Positions 1-12,706 of a DNA stretch of 64,000 bases are shown here, piece after piece. Numbering within the stretch: the first letter of the stretch is position 1; every line of letters starts with the position of its first letter. Source of the stretch: Basidiobolus meristosporus CBS 931.73 (taxonomy: Eukaryota > Fungi > Basidiobolomycota). The stretch lies in contig MCFE01000485.1 in assembly GCA_002104905.1 (NCBI GenBank), positions 3,719-67,718 on the forward strand, written 5' to 3'. The notes below the pieces were generated by a model. That model did no database searches, had not been told where the DNA came from, and saw nothing but the letters and a program-made list of their open reading frames with translations. The position numbers and the translations under genes were made by a program.

Positions 1-223
1 TCCTGCACAACATTTATCCAAAAAAAAAGGTCAAAAAATGGATTTTCTCTAGCACAATGGGTAAGACACAGGGGCAGCTTTGCACAAAAATAAAGAGTCA
101 TGTTTCACACTTTGTGGCTAAGTTTAGGTCTGCTATGCCTTTTTGGCACCCAGCGTTACTATTAGGCATTAAGTGGCATTCATGACTCAATGTGGCACTA
201 TCCAACAGAACAAGTCTCTTGTG
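1..223. repeat. Partial copy (one arm) of the fold-back/MITE-like element, cut by the window start and abutting a Copia relic
   Basis: Aligns with the right arm of the palindrome at ~63465-63680. Shared blocks include AAAAAAAGGTCAAAAAATGGATTTTCT, ATGTTTCACACT and CTCAATGTGG.ACTATCCAACAGAACAAGTCT. Copia integrase-like sequence starts at ~224. Confidence 0.8.
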
Positions 224-1200
224 TAATATTCCACAAATGTTGTTAAATCCTTCATCCTGTCTGAGAATAAATTTTGCATCTGTCTGCATAGATCTGAGTG
301 AATGAGATATAGTATTTTCTTGGTTTTGATCATCCCAGAGCTCTTGAACAGTTGTCTGGCTTGTTTCCCATATATTCAGGCTTCACAGTGCTCCAAATTG
401 GCCAGGGGTAGATTTTACTCCAGAAATTAGCTGATATTTGATCATTTTGGGCAAATAATCTATTTTGATGTGCACAAATGACCTTTGCTAGAGCATTGGT
501 GTTTCTTCTTTGAAGGCACATGCATTGGATTCCAGATATGATAGAATAGAAGTCAACTTGTACAGATTTGGATCTGTGAAACCCAAAGAAATATGAGTAC
601 TATTTTGATCAGCAATCCTGCAGCCATAACTGTTATGACTGAAACCAGATCCTTCTGCTATGGCCTTGCTTACAGGTAATAGGCTCTTGGCTATCTTTGA
701 TACATGAAGTGCATCTTTGAAGGTAAATGTGTGGCTTTCTTCACTACTTCTGAGGCTCATTTGGAAAGTTCCCTCCCCAACTGCATTAAGATTTATTGTC
801 ACCCATGAAAACCTTTTTGATTACAATTTCTTGCTAGTAGGTAAAAGCTTTTTTTTGGTGAGTAAAGTGTTGACCTGCTCCAGAGTAAGCTTACCATATC
901 TGTGAAACCTTGTTCTAGGTCATATTTAGTGCAGGCATGAATAGTCTATCTTCAGCTGTTGCCACACTTCTATATTCAGGCTTCAGTTGCTGATTATCTA
1001 TCTGTTTGAGGCACTGGTTGCATATGCATCCTTTTGTTTGGTATAAGTTTCATGTCAAGTTGCTATTGTCTTTAAGGGCTCTTGAGTACCTCTGTTACTG
1101 GTTATCATTACATATTAAACCATCTTCTTTGTCCTTCTTGTTGGTGCATGATTTTCTTAATTCTTAACAGCTGAACATGACTGGCAGGTTTTCTGTGCTG
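224..1200 (-). mobile_element. Decayed Ty1/copia gag-protease-integrase N-terminal fragment
   Basis: ORF 488-802 (LNAVGEGTFQMSLRSSEESHTFTFKDALHVSKIAK) is homologous to the gag-pol at 14288-15685. Many stops and frameshifts. Boundaries approximate. Confidence 0.85.
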
Positions 1201-2570
1201 TAAGTGTTGTGAAGATATTGGAAGTGATTGGAGAACAAGTGGATTTTGTGGTTGTTACTTAATAACTTACTGAATATAAAAGTAGTGCTTATACTTTTAC
1301 ATGGTCTTGGCATAGAAAATGTATAGAGTAGGTTAGAAAGATCTCAAGAGCATGTGTGCAAAGTTTAGGGCTGCTTGGGCTACCTTGAGATCTTTGATGC
1401 TCTGGGTACCTGATATTTTGGTGAAAATATTCTAAATAATTCTGAGAAGGAATTTGGCAAGTATTTTCTAAGATTGACGGTAAAGATCTAAGTGACTAAG
1501 CTAGGTGCATCTTTTGATGGAATTACAGAGTTTCACAATACTCCCACTCAACTAAATGCTCATACTGACTAGTCCTAATTATGACCAGAGATATTCAAAC
1601 TTGTCTCTGGCTAAAGGGTTTGGCAAGTATGTCTGCAATTGTTTAATCTGTAGTACAGTAAGTTAAGTTAACCAAGTTATTCTCTATAGCTTCATAAATG
1701 AAATGGTGCCTAATATCTATGAGCTTAGTCTAGCAAGCAAAGTTGAATTTCAACCCAATTGCGCATATCCTTGATCATCTTGAAATAATGTAACAGACAT
1801 ATTTTGACATAAGCCTAAATCTTTAAAAAGCTTCCTTAACCACATGGCCTCCTTTGTAGCTTCACATGCTGCTGTATACTCAGCCCCGGTGGTAGAAAGT
1901 GCCGCAGTTGATTGCTTTCATGATTTTTGTGAAGCTGCTCCTTTGCAGTAAAGAAAGATATATCCTGTGGTCAATCTTCTGTCTTCTGAGTTTTGTCCCT
2001 AATCAGCATCAAAGTATCCCATAGGATTTTGTTATGAATCTCTATAGGTGTACTTTAGGTGGATATCAGCTACTCATTTTAGGTGTCCAAAAATCTGCTC
2101 AACTGCTGCAATATGTTCATATCCATTGCTCTGATTATGCTGGCTGACAACTCCCACTGAATATGGGATATCTGGATGTGTTCCAGGCAAGATATACATC
2201 AGAATGTTGGCTACAGATTGATAAGGAAAGTCAGGGCTGAATATGAAATATCTGATTGTGTTCCTAGCATGATATATGTCAAACTGCCAACCATAGATTG
2301 ACAAGGGAAGCCTGGGCCTATGGATGGTACCAAGCTCTTTTGCTTTGGCTGTATTTTGATCAAGTTAAGGCTTTTCTACATTGGTGTAGCTGCTGGTTTA
2401 CAGTCTTCTCTTTAGTACTTCTTTAGTATATCTTGAATATACTTGGATTTGCTTAAGGGGACAGTTGGGATGCTTCTGTTTATGCCCTATGAAGAACTAT
2501 TGTGATTATCCTGTCAAAAGACCATCACAAATCCTAAGCCCCATGACTAGGAGCTATTGATCTCATCAGG
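1200..2570 (-). mobile_element. Decayed Ty1/copia 3' end: 3' LTR (~1200-1540), PPT, RNase H and RT C-terminus
   Basis: The LTR terminus-like TTTCACAATA is followed by the reverse-complement PPT CTCCCACTC at 1541-1549. The RT fragment FPYQSVANILMYILPGTHPDIPYSVGVVSQH matches 17501-17722. Confidence 0.85.
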
Positions 2571-2929
2571 ACACCATGCAAAGACTGTCAGAAAATAATT
2601 GCACCCCAGATTTTACAAGAAACTTGGTGGAAATGTTTCTTGATAACAATATAGATGTGGCTGTTGATTGGTTCTTTACCAGTTTTCTCACTTTCTGATC
2701 CCAGTCACTCTATCACATCCTATGTTTGTGTGCATTGATTGACTAATGCCTCCTCTTCACATTCTTACTTCATGACTCAACTGTCTCTCTTACTTTTCAT
2801 GCATACAAATTGATTTATTTCCATTAAAGCTTCAGTTGTACCTCAATTGTCAATTTTATTGACCTTTACAGGTCCCCAAACCCTACACAGACATTAAGTC
2901 CAATCCCACACTTAACAAGTAAGTCCACT

Positions 2930-5340
2930 AAATTCAGAACCCTATGGCTTTATGCCACTGTTCATTCACTGGCTCCTGTAGGTCCTGGTCTTCAGCCAGC
3001 ATTGCAATGTCTAGCACCTCACCTGCCAGCCTTTGCAATAAATTCTTGCAATATTCAGGTGTGGTTTCTTAAGCACTGATTCATCATTACATGACATCTG
3101 TGAGCTTTTATGATCAACCAAATCAAGTTGGTGAAGAAATCCCAGTGCCTTCTAGAATGCTCTACTACACTCTAGCAACATCTGGAAAGCTCTAAGTCAA
3201 CATTACAGAATGGAACATACTGTGGAAATCTCCCTATGAAGTTTATGTAGCTCAATACCATATATGGTAGCTGCATGCCACATGACCTAGTCACATGATC
3301 AGCTGACTCTTGGCTGATCCTCATGAGATGTTCTAGTCTATTCCGTAGTATATTTTTATCTTGGCACACTTACTGTGCCTCACTACAGAACCCCATCCGT
3401 ATTAGCCAATATCTCTTGGCATCCATATAGCCAAAAAGTATATATAGCTCCATCCCCCTTATGTACCCCTCATTCTGATAAACTTAAGTATTAAATAATT
3501 AGCCTTGCCTTGGAAATCTGCCTTGCTGTGTTGATACACACCTAAGTCCTTTCCTAGTCCTGCTTTGCCTAGCTATACTATCCTGCATTGTGTCTATTCA
3601 AATCACACTGCACTTGAAGAAGTGCAGTAACCTCTAGGTGTGTCTCTTAATGTTCCAAAACTCCACCAAAGGCATTGTGATAACCTCTTGAGTTCTTGAA
3701 ATTGTTACATTATCTGTCAGTGAGATCTCCACTGTGTCAACAATGGAGGATATGGAGGCAGTAGTAGACAAATTGGCTTCCTCCACAAGCTCATCTACCT
3801 CACAGGAGTATTGTTCAACTAGCTGTGCTTCCAATTCTTGTGCAAATAGCTGCATACTGGCTGGTAATTCTACTTGGCTACAATGGGATGCAGTCTGTTT
3901 TGGGCTTATGGTGTTAATTGGCAAGAGCTGCGGCTCTTTTCTCATGCATCTCTGTCTCTGGCTTGGGTAGACTTTTTCCCCTTTACCTTTTGCATCATCA
4001 CTGTCAGGCCTTTCACTGCTACTTCCTTGGTATGCTTCTTGTATTGAACTACATTTTCTCCCTGAAACATGGTGCTCTGATGCATCTATTTTGGCCTTCT
4101 TGTCCCTTGCTAGCACTCTGCAGGCAACCTGATGCTTCTTTCTGCATATTTCACACTCTCAGCCCTTGCTGTAATGGGCTCCTGAGGTAGCCACTGGTTT
4201 TTATTTTTGCCAGTTCCTTCACTGCTACTTTGACTGAGTGCTTCTTGAGCAGATCTATGTTTTCCTTGGTAAATGTTGTGCTAGTGCAACTGTGCCTGCC
4301 TGCTTTCTCCTTATTAGCACTTTCCAGCTGCTTGATGTCTTTTTGACGCTTGTTTGGAGCTTTTGGCCCTGCTTGGAACAGGCTCATGAGGAAGCTGCTG
4401 GTTTTTAGCCATTGCACCCTTGTCCTTCTGCCTGTGAGAGTTTTGGCTATTCTTGAGATACTTTCATGGCATATCAATGCTGGCCCACAATCAGTTTGCT
4501 TGTTTGATTTCAGGATAATGCTCATGGAATAAGCTAAGTGCATTCTGCTTGGCCTTGAGTTCCTGATGGTCCCATGGTATGCCAGCCTTAAGGTATTGGC
4601 ATGCTAGACTTCTAATAGCCTCTTGAATATTAGCCCACTCTTCATCATTGCATATACTCAACAGCTTCAAAGATCTTCAATGTCTTTTGATTTTTAGGCT
4701 TTGGTTTAAAACTACATTTACTCCCTCCAATGCTGTGATAGGTTTTTCTGCAGGCATTATCTTTGGGTGCTGTTGTTGTGCTTCAAAGACTTTACATTGT
4801 TCCTCTGCTGTTACATTGAACATGGCTCAGATGTTGGCTATGACATTGAGCTACTTGGGTTCCTACTTTGCCATAAAGATACTACTTTCTCTACCTGGGA
4901 TATTGTCACACTGTTTGCCCCATAGACAAGACTACTTTATTTCATTGCTGTAAGCAAAGAGAAAAATGACTATGTGGCTATTGTAGTAAGCCTCTCAGCC
5001 ATGAAGCATGCAGACAGCATAGGATGTATTATAAGGATCATGGCCAGTGTTTGCCACACAAGTCATATTTGACCATTCACCAGTAACTACTGTACAAACA
5101 ATATCTAGCCAGCTGCTTGATATTTCTATAGCAGTACCTAGCTGTACTTGTCACCTTGTGCAAACTGGGTCTGGTGAGCTTGTGGCACCTTTAGACTGAA
5201 ACCAGCCTTCTGAATACGGCATGCAGAGTGATGGCTCTGAAGAGGCAGGCTCACTGATGAATTGTGAGCCTATCTTCCCCAAGAACAGTGCCCTGCATGA
5301 GCCAGGCAAAATCCCATTATGCAATGAGACAACACCCATA
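2930..5340 (-). pseudogene. Decayed unassigned protein-coding sequence, split by a solo LTR
   Basis: A frame with scattered stops runs from ~5340 to ~4300 (EEWANIQEAIRSLACQYLKAGIPWDHQELKAKQNALSLFHEHYPEIK). Deleting the 3079-3605 LTR plus one TSD puts the 3634-4116 ORF in frame with ETTPEYCKNLLQRLAGEVLDIAML, across two stop codons. CpG-depleted. Confidence 0.5.
3079..3605 (+). mobile_element. Solo LTR, family B (degenerate termini)
   Basis: Homologous to the reverse complement of 45153-45671. Flanked by a perfect 5-bp TSD CACTG (3074-3078 and 3606-3610). Confidence 0.8.
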
Positions 5341-5989
5341 GAAAAAATGCTGAGGATACTTTATGGAGTTAAGTGAGCCCAGTAACCCATCTACGGGTGA
5401 ATACCATGATGCTTTGGCTATAGAAGCGGCGCATTTCCACTAGTATCAATAATGGGGGCTTTGAGGATTTACAACTACTTTTTGCTAAAATCACCCCAGG
5501 ATGCAACTTGCTATGTGCATAGTATAAACAGACAACTGTCATGTGGCTAGTAGCATATGACCCAGAGACCATCTGATACCTGCATGTGCTAACAGTTGTT
5601 TGTCATTCATATCAGAAAATGCCAACATTGCAAGGTGTCCAACTTATCTGGAATCCACCACCATTGGGGGAAAACATTGTTCACACTTCAAATGTATTCT
5701 GGTGATACTCTGTCTAAAGAAGCTCATGCAGCCCAGAAAATATTGTAAAGCTATAAAGTACAGCACTCAGTATCAATTAAGTGCAAAGAAATCCAATATA
5801 TTAGATGGCACACTACAAACAGCAAAGATGAAAAGGCTACTTTGAAGCTACATATGACCATGCCTCTGCCTTAGCACTTGATGTATTCTCATTAAACAAG
5901 TACTCTACCAGCAAATCCTGCTGGCCACTGATTCTCATCAACCTGAATATGAAACAAAACTTAGAAAAAAATAGATCTAACTCACTCAG

Positions 5990-8900
5990 ATCTGTGCGGA
6001 CTAATACAGAATTTATCCCTAGCAGGATGAAGTATTGAGTCACTTTTATTGATGATTATACAAGATACACATGGATATACTTCATGGAGAGAAAGGATGA
6101 AGCTCTGTCTAAGTTAAGGGAGCTTAAAGCTATGGTGGAGAGAGAAACTGGTGAAAAAATCAAGAAAGATGCTCTGACAATGGTGGAGAATATACCTCAA
6201 AACTCTTCATCCACTTTTGCAAAATTCATGGGATGAGGCAAGAGACTACTGTACCAAACTCTTCACAGCAAAATGAAGTAGCAGAACATGCAAACAGATC
6301 AATAAACAATATGGCATAATTTAAGTTTCATGATGATAAATTATCACATGATTTTTTGGCAGAATCAGTTGCTGCAGCTGTATACCTAATAAGCACAGGC
6401 TAAGTTTGCATCCTCATTATTATAGTGATTTGGCCTATTTCTTGTCCGGTTGGATCTCCTGGCATTTGATACTGGAATGATAACTTCTGGGATATTCTGT
6501 GGCACCAATTCAAGCTGAATAACAGCTGCAGAGTCTTCTGGAGTGAGAAAATTCTGCTTGGTTTGCTCTGATTAAGTTATTACAATTGGTGGACTTGAGA
6601 TCAGATTTTTATTGTTATCTGATGCCCTTTTTTGTGAATATTTTGAATTTTTATCAGGCAACACATTGCTGGACTTGTTTGCTTCTTTTCTGTGGTATTC
6701 TAGAGGTGATATGCTCTACTCCCATTGCACCAGCCCAAAAATATGCATTTTACACTTTTTGGCTCAAATTTTGACTGATTTCTAGGCAATATCTGGACAT
6801 ATGCTGTGCAACCAAATATTCTTAGATGCTCTTCACTTAGTCTGTGTCTAAACCATGCTTCAATTGGAGTAGACTTATCAAGTATTCTGTTGTAACTTCT
6901 ATTTTTCAGGTGTACAGCTGTGGCAACTGATTATGTCCAGAAATTGTAAGATAATTTTGATCATGGTTAATAGATCTTGTCATATTAATTTTTGATCTGT
7001 TGGCCCATTCTGCTAGCATGTTCTGCTACCCCATTTTGCTGTGGGGAGTATAATATAGTAGCCTCTTGCTATATCTCATGAATTTGCAGAAGTGGATGAA
7101 GAGTTTTGAGGTGTATTCTCCACCATTGTCAGAGCATCTTTCTTGATTTTTTCACCAGTTTCTCTGTCCACCATGGCTTGGATTTCCCTGAAATTTGAGA
7201 AAGCTTCCTTCTTTCTTTTTAGGAAGTAGACTAATGTATATCTTGGTTAATAATTAACAAATGTGATTAAATCCTTCATCCTGCCTGGCAATAAATCTTG
7301 CATCTGTCCGCACAGATCTGAGTAAATGAGTTCTAATTTTTTCTTGGTTTTGATTATCCCAGAGCTCTTGAACAGTTCCCTATGGAAAATCTCAAACTTG
7401 GAGCTCATCTGATTTTTGGCTGGTATTCTGCTGGCATTCTGATGGTATTTTGCTGGTATTCAGCTGGTGTTTTGGATTCAAAATTTCAAATGCTATTTTT
7501 GATTGGGGTAATGGGTAGCTAATTACTAAGTTTGATATGGATGCTAGTTTGCCCAGTCTCCTCCTGGAAAATGTGTTTTATTGCCTGCCTGTCAGCTAAG
7601 AACAGTCAAATTGAGAGTTGTCAGTTTTGAGAAACTTGGAATTCAGTTGCTACCATGATAGTCCTCTGCTGGCCTTTTCTCATTTTTTGTAAGGGAGTTG
7701 TCTGGTTTGTTTCCTATATATTCAGGCCTTAGAGTGCTGCAAATTAGCTGGGGAATAGATTTTACTCCAAAAATTAGGTGATCTTTGATCATTTTGCAGA
7801 AATAATCAAAATTGATGTGTCCAAATCTTCTGTGCCAAAGCATATGTGTTTCTTCATTGAAGTTACTTATGTTGGCTTCCAGATATAATGGAATATGACT
7901 CAACTTATACCAGCTCTGATCTCTGATACCCAAAGCAATATGAGCACCATTTTGTATGGTGATCCCACAGCCCAAGTTGCTAAAGCTGAAACTGAGTCCT
8001 TCTGCAGTGGCCTTACTTACAGATAGTAGGTTTGTGGCTATTTCTGGTATATTAGCACTTCTTTAAAGGTAAATATATAGCTTCCTTTACTGCTTCTGAG
8101 GATAACTTGGATAGTTCTTTCTCCCACTGCATCAAGTGTTCTATCATCACCCATGAAAACCTTCCTAATTGGAATTTCTTGGTATTGCATAAAAAGTTCT
8201 TTTTGATGTGTAAGTGTTGTGATGATCCGGAGTCAATATACCAGGTCTGAGAATCCTTGTTTTTGGTCATATATAGTGCAGATATGAATAGTCAACTTCA
8301 GTTGTTGCGGCATTTCCATGTTCAGTCTTCTTTAACTGAGCATCTTTCTGTGACACCAGTCTGATGTGTGTCCTTTCCTATTGCAGTAGCTGCAAAACTG
8401 GCTGGTATTGCCTTTAAAAGGTCTTGGGCAACACCTTTGTGGGCTTTCATTACTTATTACAGCATTTTCTGCTTCCTTCTTGTTTGTGCTTGATTTTCTT
8501 AATTCTTCATCCAGGAGCCTTCCATATTTATAGTTTATTGTCAACCTTCAGTTCTGGGCTCTGGGGCTGATACAAGGCCCTGAAACCTGTCTGTCAATCT
8601 ATTCAGGATTGCCACTATCACATCCTCATTGGTAGTGGGGACACCTACATATTCCATCTCATCCACTGGCTGGGTAATTCTGCTAATTAGATTTTTCACT
8701 TCTTCACCTGGTATCATCTTTAGAGTAGAGAATTCTTGGCAACAATTCATATCTTAGCAGCTGAACAAGACTGGTAAGTGTCTTCTGTTATAAGAGCCTT
8801 GAAGATGTTGAATGTGATAGGGAGAAGCAGTAGATTTAGTAGCTTTCACCTAATGAATTATTGAATGCAAAAGTAGGATTCATACATTTACATGGTCTTG

Positions 8901-9850
8901 GCATGACAAGCATATTGGTATGCTTAAGAAAGTCCTAAGAGCATGAATACAAAGTTTGGGGCTATGTAGACAACTTTGAGAATTCTCATATGCTGGATAC
9001 CTGATATTTAGGCAAAAATATTCTAAATAAATTCTAATAAGGAATTTGGTCAGTAATCTCTAAGACTTGTAGGTATTGATCTAAGTAACCAAGTTAGGTG
9101 AGTACCTATGTGGTATTACAAAATTTCACAACAAAAAAGCCTCTACTGCATTATTTCAAGATAATCATGGATGCATGCAGTTGGGTGGAAAATCTAACTC
9201 TTCATGCTAGAACTATGCAAATAGATTTTAGGCATCACTTCAAATGGGAAGCTATAGACAGTAAGCTGGTTAAAATAGATACTGTCCTATAGATGGAATG
9301 AGTTCAAATATATTTACCAAACCATTAGCTAGTAATAAATTTGTGTATCATGGGTCACAATTGGGAATAGCTAATATGAGTATTTAGTTGAGGGAGAGTG
9401 TTGTAATAAATTGAATTTACACACACATATTTACCTAGCTTAGGCACATACAAGAATACATACAAATCTTAGAGAATCTAACTAACCCCCTTGTTGGGAT
9501 TTACTTGGAATATTTTCACAAAAACATCAGGCACTCTGAGCATGGGATTTCTTGAGGTTGTCAAGGTGTTGTAAAGATTTGTAATTCCACCTAGAGACTC
9601 ACCTAACTCAGTCACTTAGATTGTTACCTTCAAATTGTTGTAGGAGTGTTGGGGATATAGGAAGTGATTGGGAGGACAAGTAGATTATGTGGCTTTCACT
9701 TAATGATTTATTGAATGTAAAAGTAGTATTATACTTCTACATGTTCTTGGCATTGCAAACATGTAGAATAGGTTAAGGGAGGTCCCAAGAAGATATGTGC
9801 CAAGTGTGGTGCTGTTTGGACAACTTTGAGAATTTTCATGTACTGGGTAC
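5990..9850. mobile_element. Stack of decayed Ty1/copia fragments in both orientations (integrase, gag, RNase H, LTR pieces)
   Basis: Plus-strand integrase piece at ~5990-6400. Minus-strand integrase-to-gag at ~6400-8760 (e.g. ORF 8541-8750 MIPGEEVKNLISRITQPVDEMEYVG). LTR pieces at ~8790-9130 and ~9480-9850. A plus-strand RNase H end and PPT at ~9130-9400 is followed by a different TGTTGTAATAAA LTR start. Confidence 0.85.
7378..7695. mobile_element. 318-bp non-autonomous DNA-transposon-like insertion (CCC...GGG ends, 4-bp TSD AGTT)
   Basis: Interrupts the Copia sequence GAAC-AGTT-GTCTGG. AGTT occurs at 7374-7377 and 7696-7699. Ends are CCCTATGGAAAAT and ATTTTTTGTAAGGG. Contains five tandem degenerate 11-mers of type GCTGGTATTCT at ~7420-7475. 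Confidence 0.7.
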
Positions 9851-12357
9851 TGTTGTATGAGTCTTGGAGATATTGGAAGTGATTGGGAAAACAAGTAAAT
9901 TATGTGGTTTTCACTGGATGATTTATTGAATGTAAAAGTAGTATTTAAACTTTACATGGTCTTGGCATAAAAAGCATGTATAATAGGCTAAGGAAGGTCC
10001 CAAGAACATGTGTGCAAAGTTTGGGGCTGTTTGGGCAACCTTGAGAGTTTTCATGTTCTGGGTACCTGGTATTTTGGTGAAAATATTCTAAGTAAATCCC
10101 AACAAGGAATTTGGTCAGTATCCTCTAAGATTTTAAGGTAATGATCAAAGTGACTAAGTTAGGTGCATATTTATGTGGAATTACAAGTTTTACAACACTC
10201 CCACTTAGCTAAATGTTCATACTGACTAGTCTAATTTTGACCTAAGATATCCAAACTTGTCTTTGGCTAATGGTTTTGTAAATCTGTCTGCAACCATTTC
10301 ATCTGAATGACAGTAAACTAAGCTAACTAAGTTATTCTCTATAGCTTCATATATGAAATGATGTCTAATATCTATGTGCTTAGTTTTAGCATGAAAAGTT
10401 GGATTTCTACCTAATTTTACACATCCTTGATTATCTTGAAATAAAGTAATAGGAGTTTTTTGACACAGGCCTAAATCTGTAAAAGGCTTTCTTAGCCACA
10501 TTGCTTCTTTTGTAGCTTCACAGGCTGCCATATACTCTGCCTCTGTGTTAGAAGGTGTTATGGTTGGTTGCTTTCTTGAATTCTATGAATTTTGCTCCTT
10601 TACAGTAAAGAAAGGTGCATCTTGTGGCGGATTTTCTGTTTTCCAAATTTTGTCCCCTATCAGCATCAGAGTATCCCACAAGATCCTGTTCTGAATCCTT
10701 ATAAGTATATCTTAAGCAGATATCAGCAGTTCCCTTTAGGTATCTAAAAATCTGCTTAAATGCTGCAATATGATTAGATCATTAGTTCTGGTCATGTTGG
10801 CTGACAACACCCACTGAATTTGAGATATCTGGACGTGTTCTAAGCACAATAAACTGCAAACTGCAGGCCATTGATTGATAAGGAAAGTTAGGGCTTTCAG
10901 ATGGCACCAAGCTTTCTTGATTTGGTTGAGTTTTGACCAAATTAAGGTTTGTCTCCATTGGGGTAGCTGCCAGTGTACAGTCTTCCTATTGTACTTCTTT
11001 AGTATATCTTGAGTATACTTGGATTGACTTAGGGCAATAGTCTGGGTACCTTGGTCTATGGAGAACTCTACCCCAAAGTAGAAACTGAGCTCTTTTGGAT
11101 TGGACATCATGAACTACTTAGATAGGCTGGATTTAGTCTCTTCCAATGTTTATAGGTTATTGGTGGCTATAATAAGGTCATCCACATATAGAGCTAATAG
11201 AACTGGATTTGCTCTATCTGGCTTATTGTATATACTATAGTCAGTATTACTCTTTCTGAAACCAAATACTCCAAAAAAGAATCTATCTTGCAATTCCAGG
11301 CTCTTGGAGATTGTTTGAGACCATATAGTGACTTTTAAGCTTGCAGACCAAATGCGGGTTATCTTGGTCAACAAACCCATCAGGCTGGTCTATAAACACA
11401 TCTTCATCAAGTTCTCCATTCAAAAATGCAGTTTTTACATCCATTTAATGAATAAAAAACTTATATTTGGCTGCAATAGCCAATATTAATCTGATGGAAT
11501 TAAACTTGGCTACTGGTGCAAAGGTCTCAGTATAATCAAGTCCTTTTGTTTGAGAGTATACTTTGGCCATAAGTCTTGCTTTGTATCTTTCAATTGTACC
11601 ATCAGCCTTGTATTTTGTCTTGAAGACCTATCTGCATCCAGTTGATTTTTGTTTCATTGGTTTGACCTAGTCCCAAGTTTGATTTTCCATCAGGGCCTGA
11701 TATTGCTCAGTCATTGCAGATCTCCAAAACTTTGTTTGAGGACAGTTTAGGGCCTCTTTTACAGTCTGGGGTTCATCAATATGGACTGAATAGGCATAGG
11801 CTAAGTTTGTACCCTCATTGATATAGTAATTTGGGCTATTTCTTGTCCAATTGGATCTCCAAGCATTTGATACTGAAATGATCACTTCTGGGATATTCCT
11901 TGGCACTGCTTCAGGCTGGACCATGGTTGTAGAGTTCTCTGGGGTGAAAAAATTTTCATTGTTTTGCCCTGATTTAATCCTGACAATTGGTGGACTTGAG
12001 CTCAAAGTTTTGTCATCATCTGATGTCACTTTTTGTGAAAATTTTGAATTTTCATTGAACAATATATCCCTGGACTTGATTAGCTTCTTTGCTTTGGTTT
12101 TGTAGAGTCTGTATGCTTTACTCTCACTACAGTAGCCCAAAAATATGTATTTTACACTTTTTGGCTCAAATTTTGACAGATTTCCAGGCAGTTTCTTAGC
12201 ATATGCTGTTCATCCAAATATTCTAGGATGTTTTGCACTTGGTCTGTACCCATACCATGCTTCAAGTGGAGTAGAATCACAAAGTATTCTGTTATAACTC
12301 CAATTTTAAGATATACAGTAGTGGCAACTGATTTTGCCCAAAAATCATAGGATAATT

Positions 12358-12706
12358 TGTTGTAAAAATTTGTAATTCCACCTAAGTATTCACCTAACTT
12401 AGTCACTTAGATCATTACCCTCAAATCCTAGAGAATACTGACCAAATTTCTTGTTGGAATTTACTTAGAATATTTTCACCAAAATACCAGGTACCCAGAA
12501 CATGAGAATTCTCCAAGTTGTTCAAGCAGCCCCAAACTTTGCACACATGCTCTTGGGACCTTCATTAACCTATTCTACGTGTTTGTTATGCCAAGACCAT
12601 GTAAAAGTATAAATACTACTTTTATATTCAATAAATCATTAAGTGAAAACCACATAATCTACTTGTCCTCCTGATCACTTCCAATATATTCAAGACTCTT
12701 ACAACA
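12358..12706 (+). mobile_element. Solo Copia LTR (349 bp) inserted in the host integrase
   Basis: TGTTG...CAACA termini. The flanks rejoin to GGATAATTTTTGATC with a duplicated AATT (or AATTT with one T lost). Confidence 0.9.
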
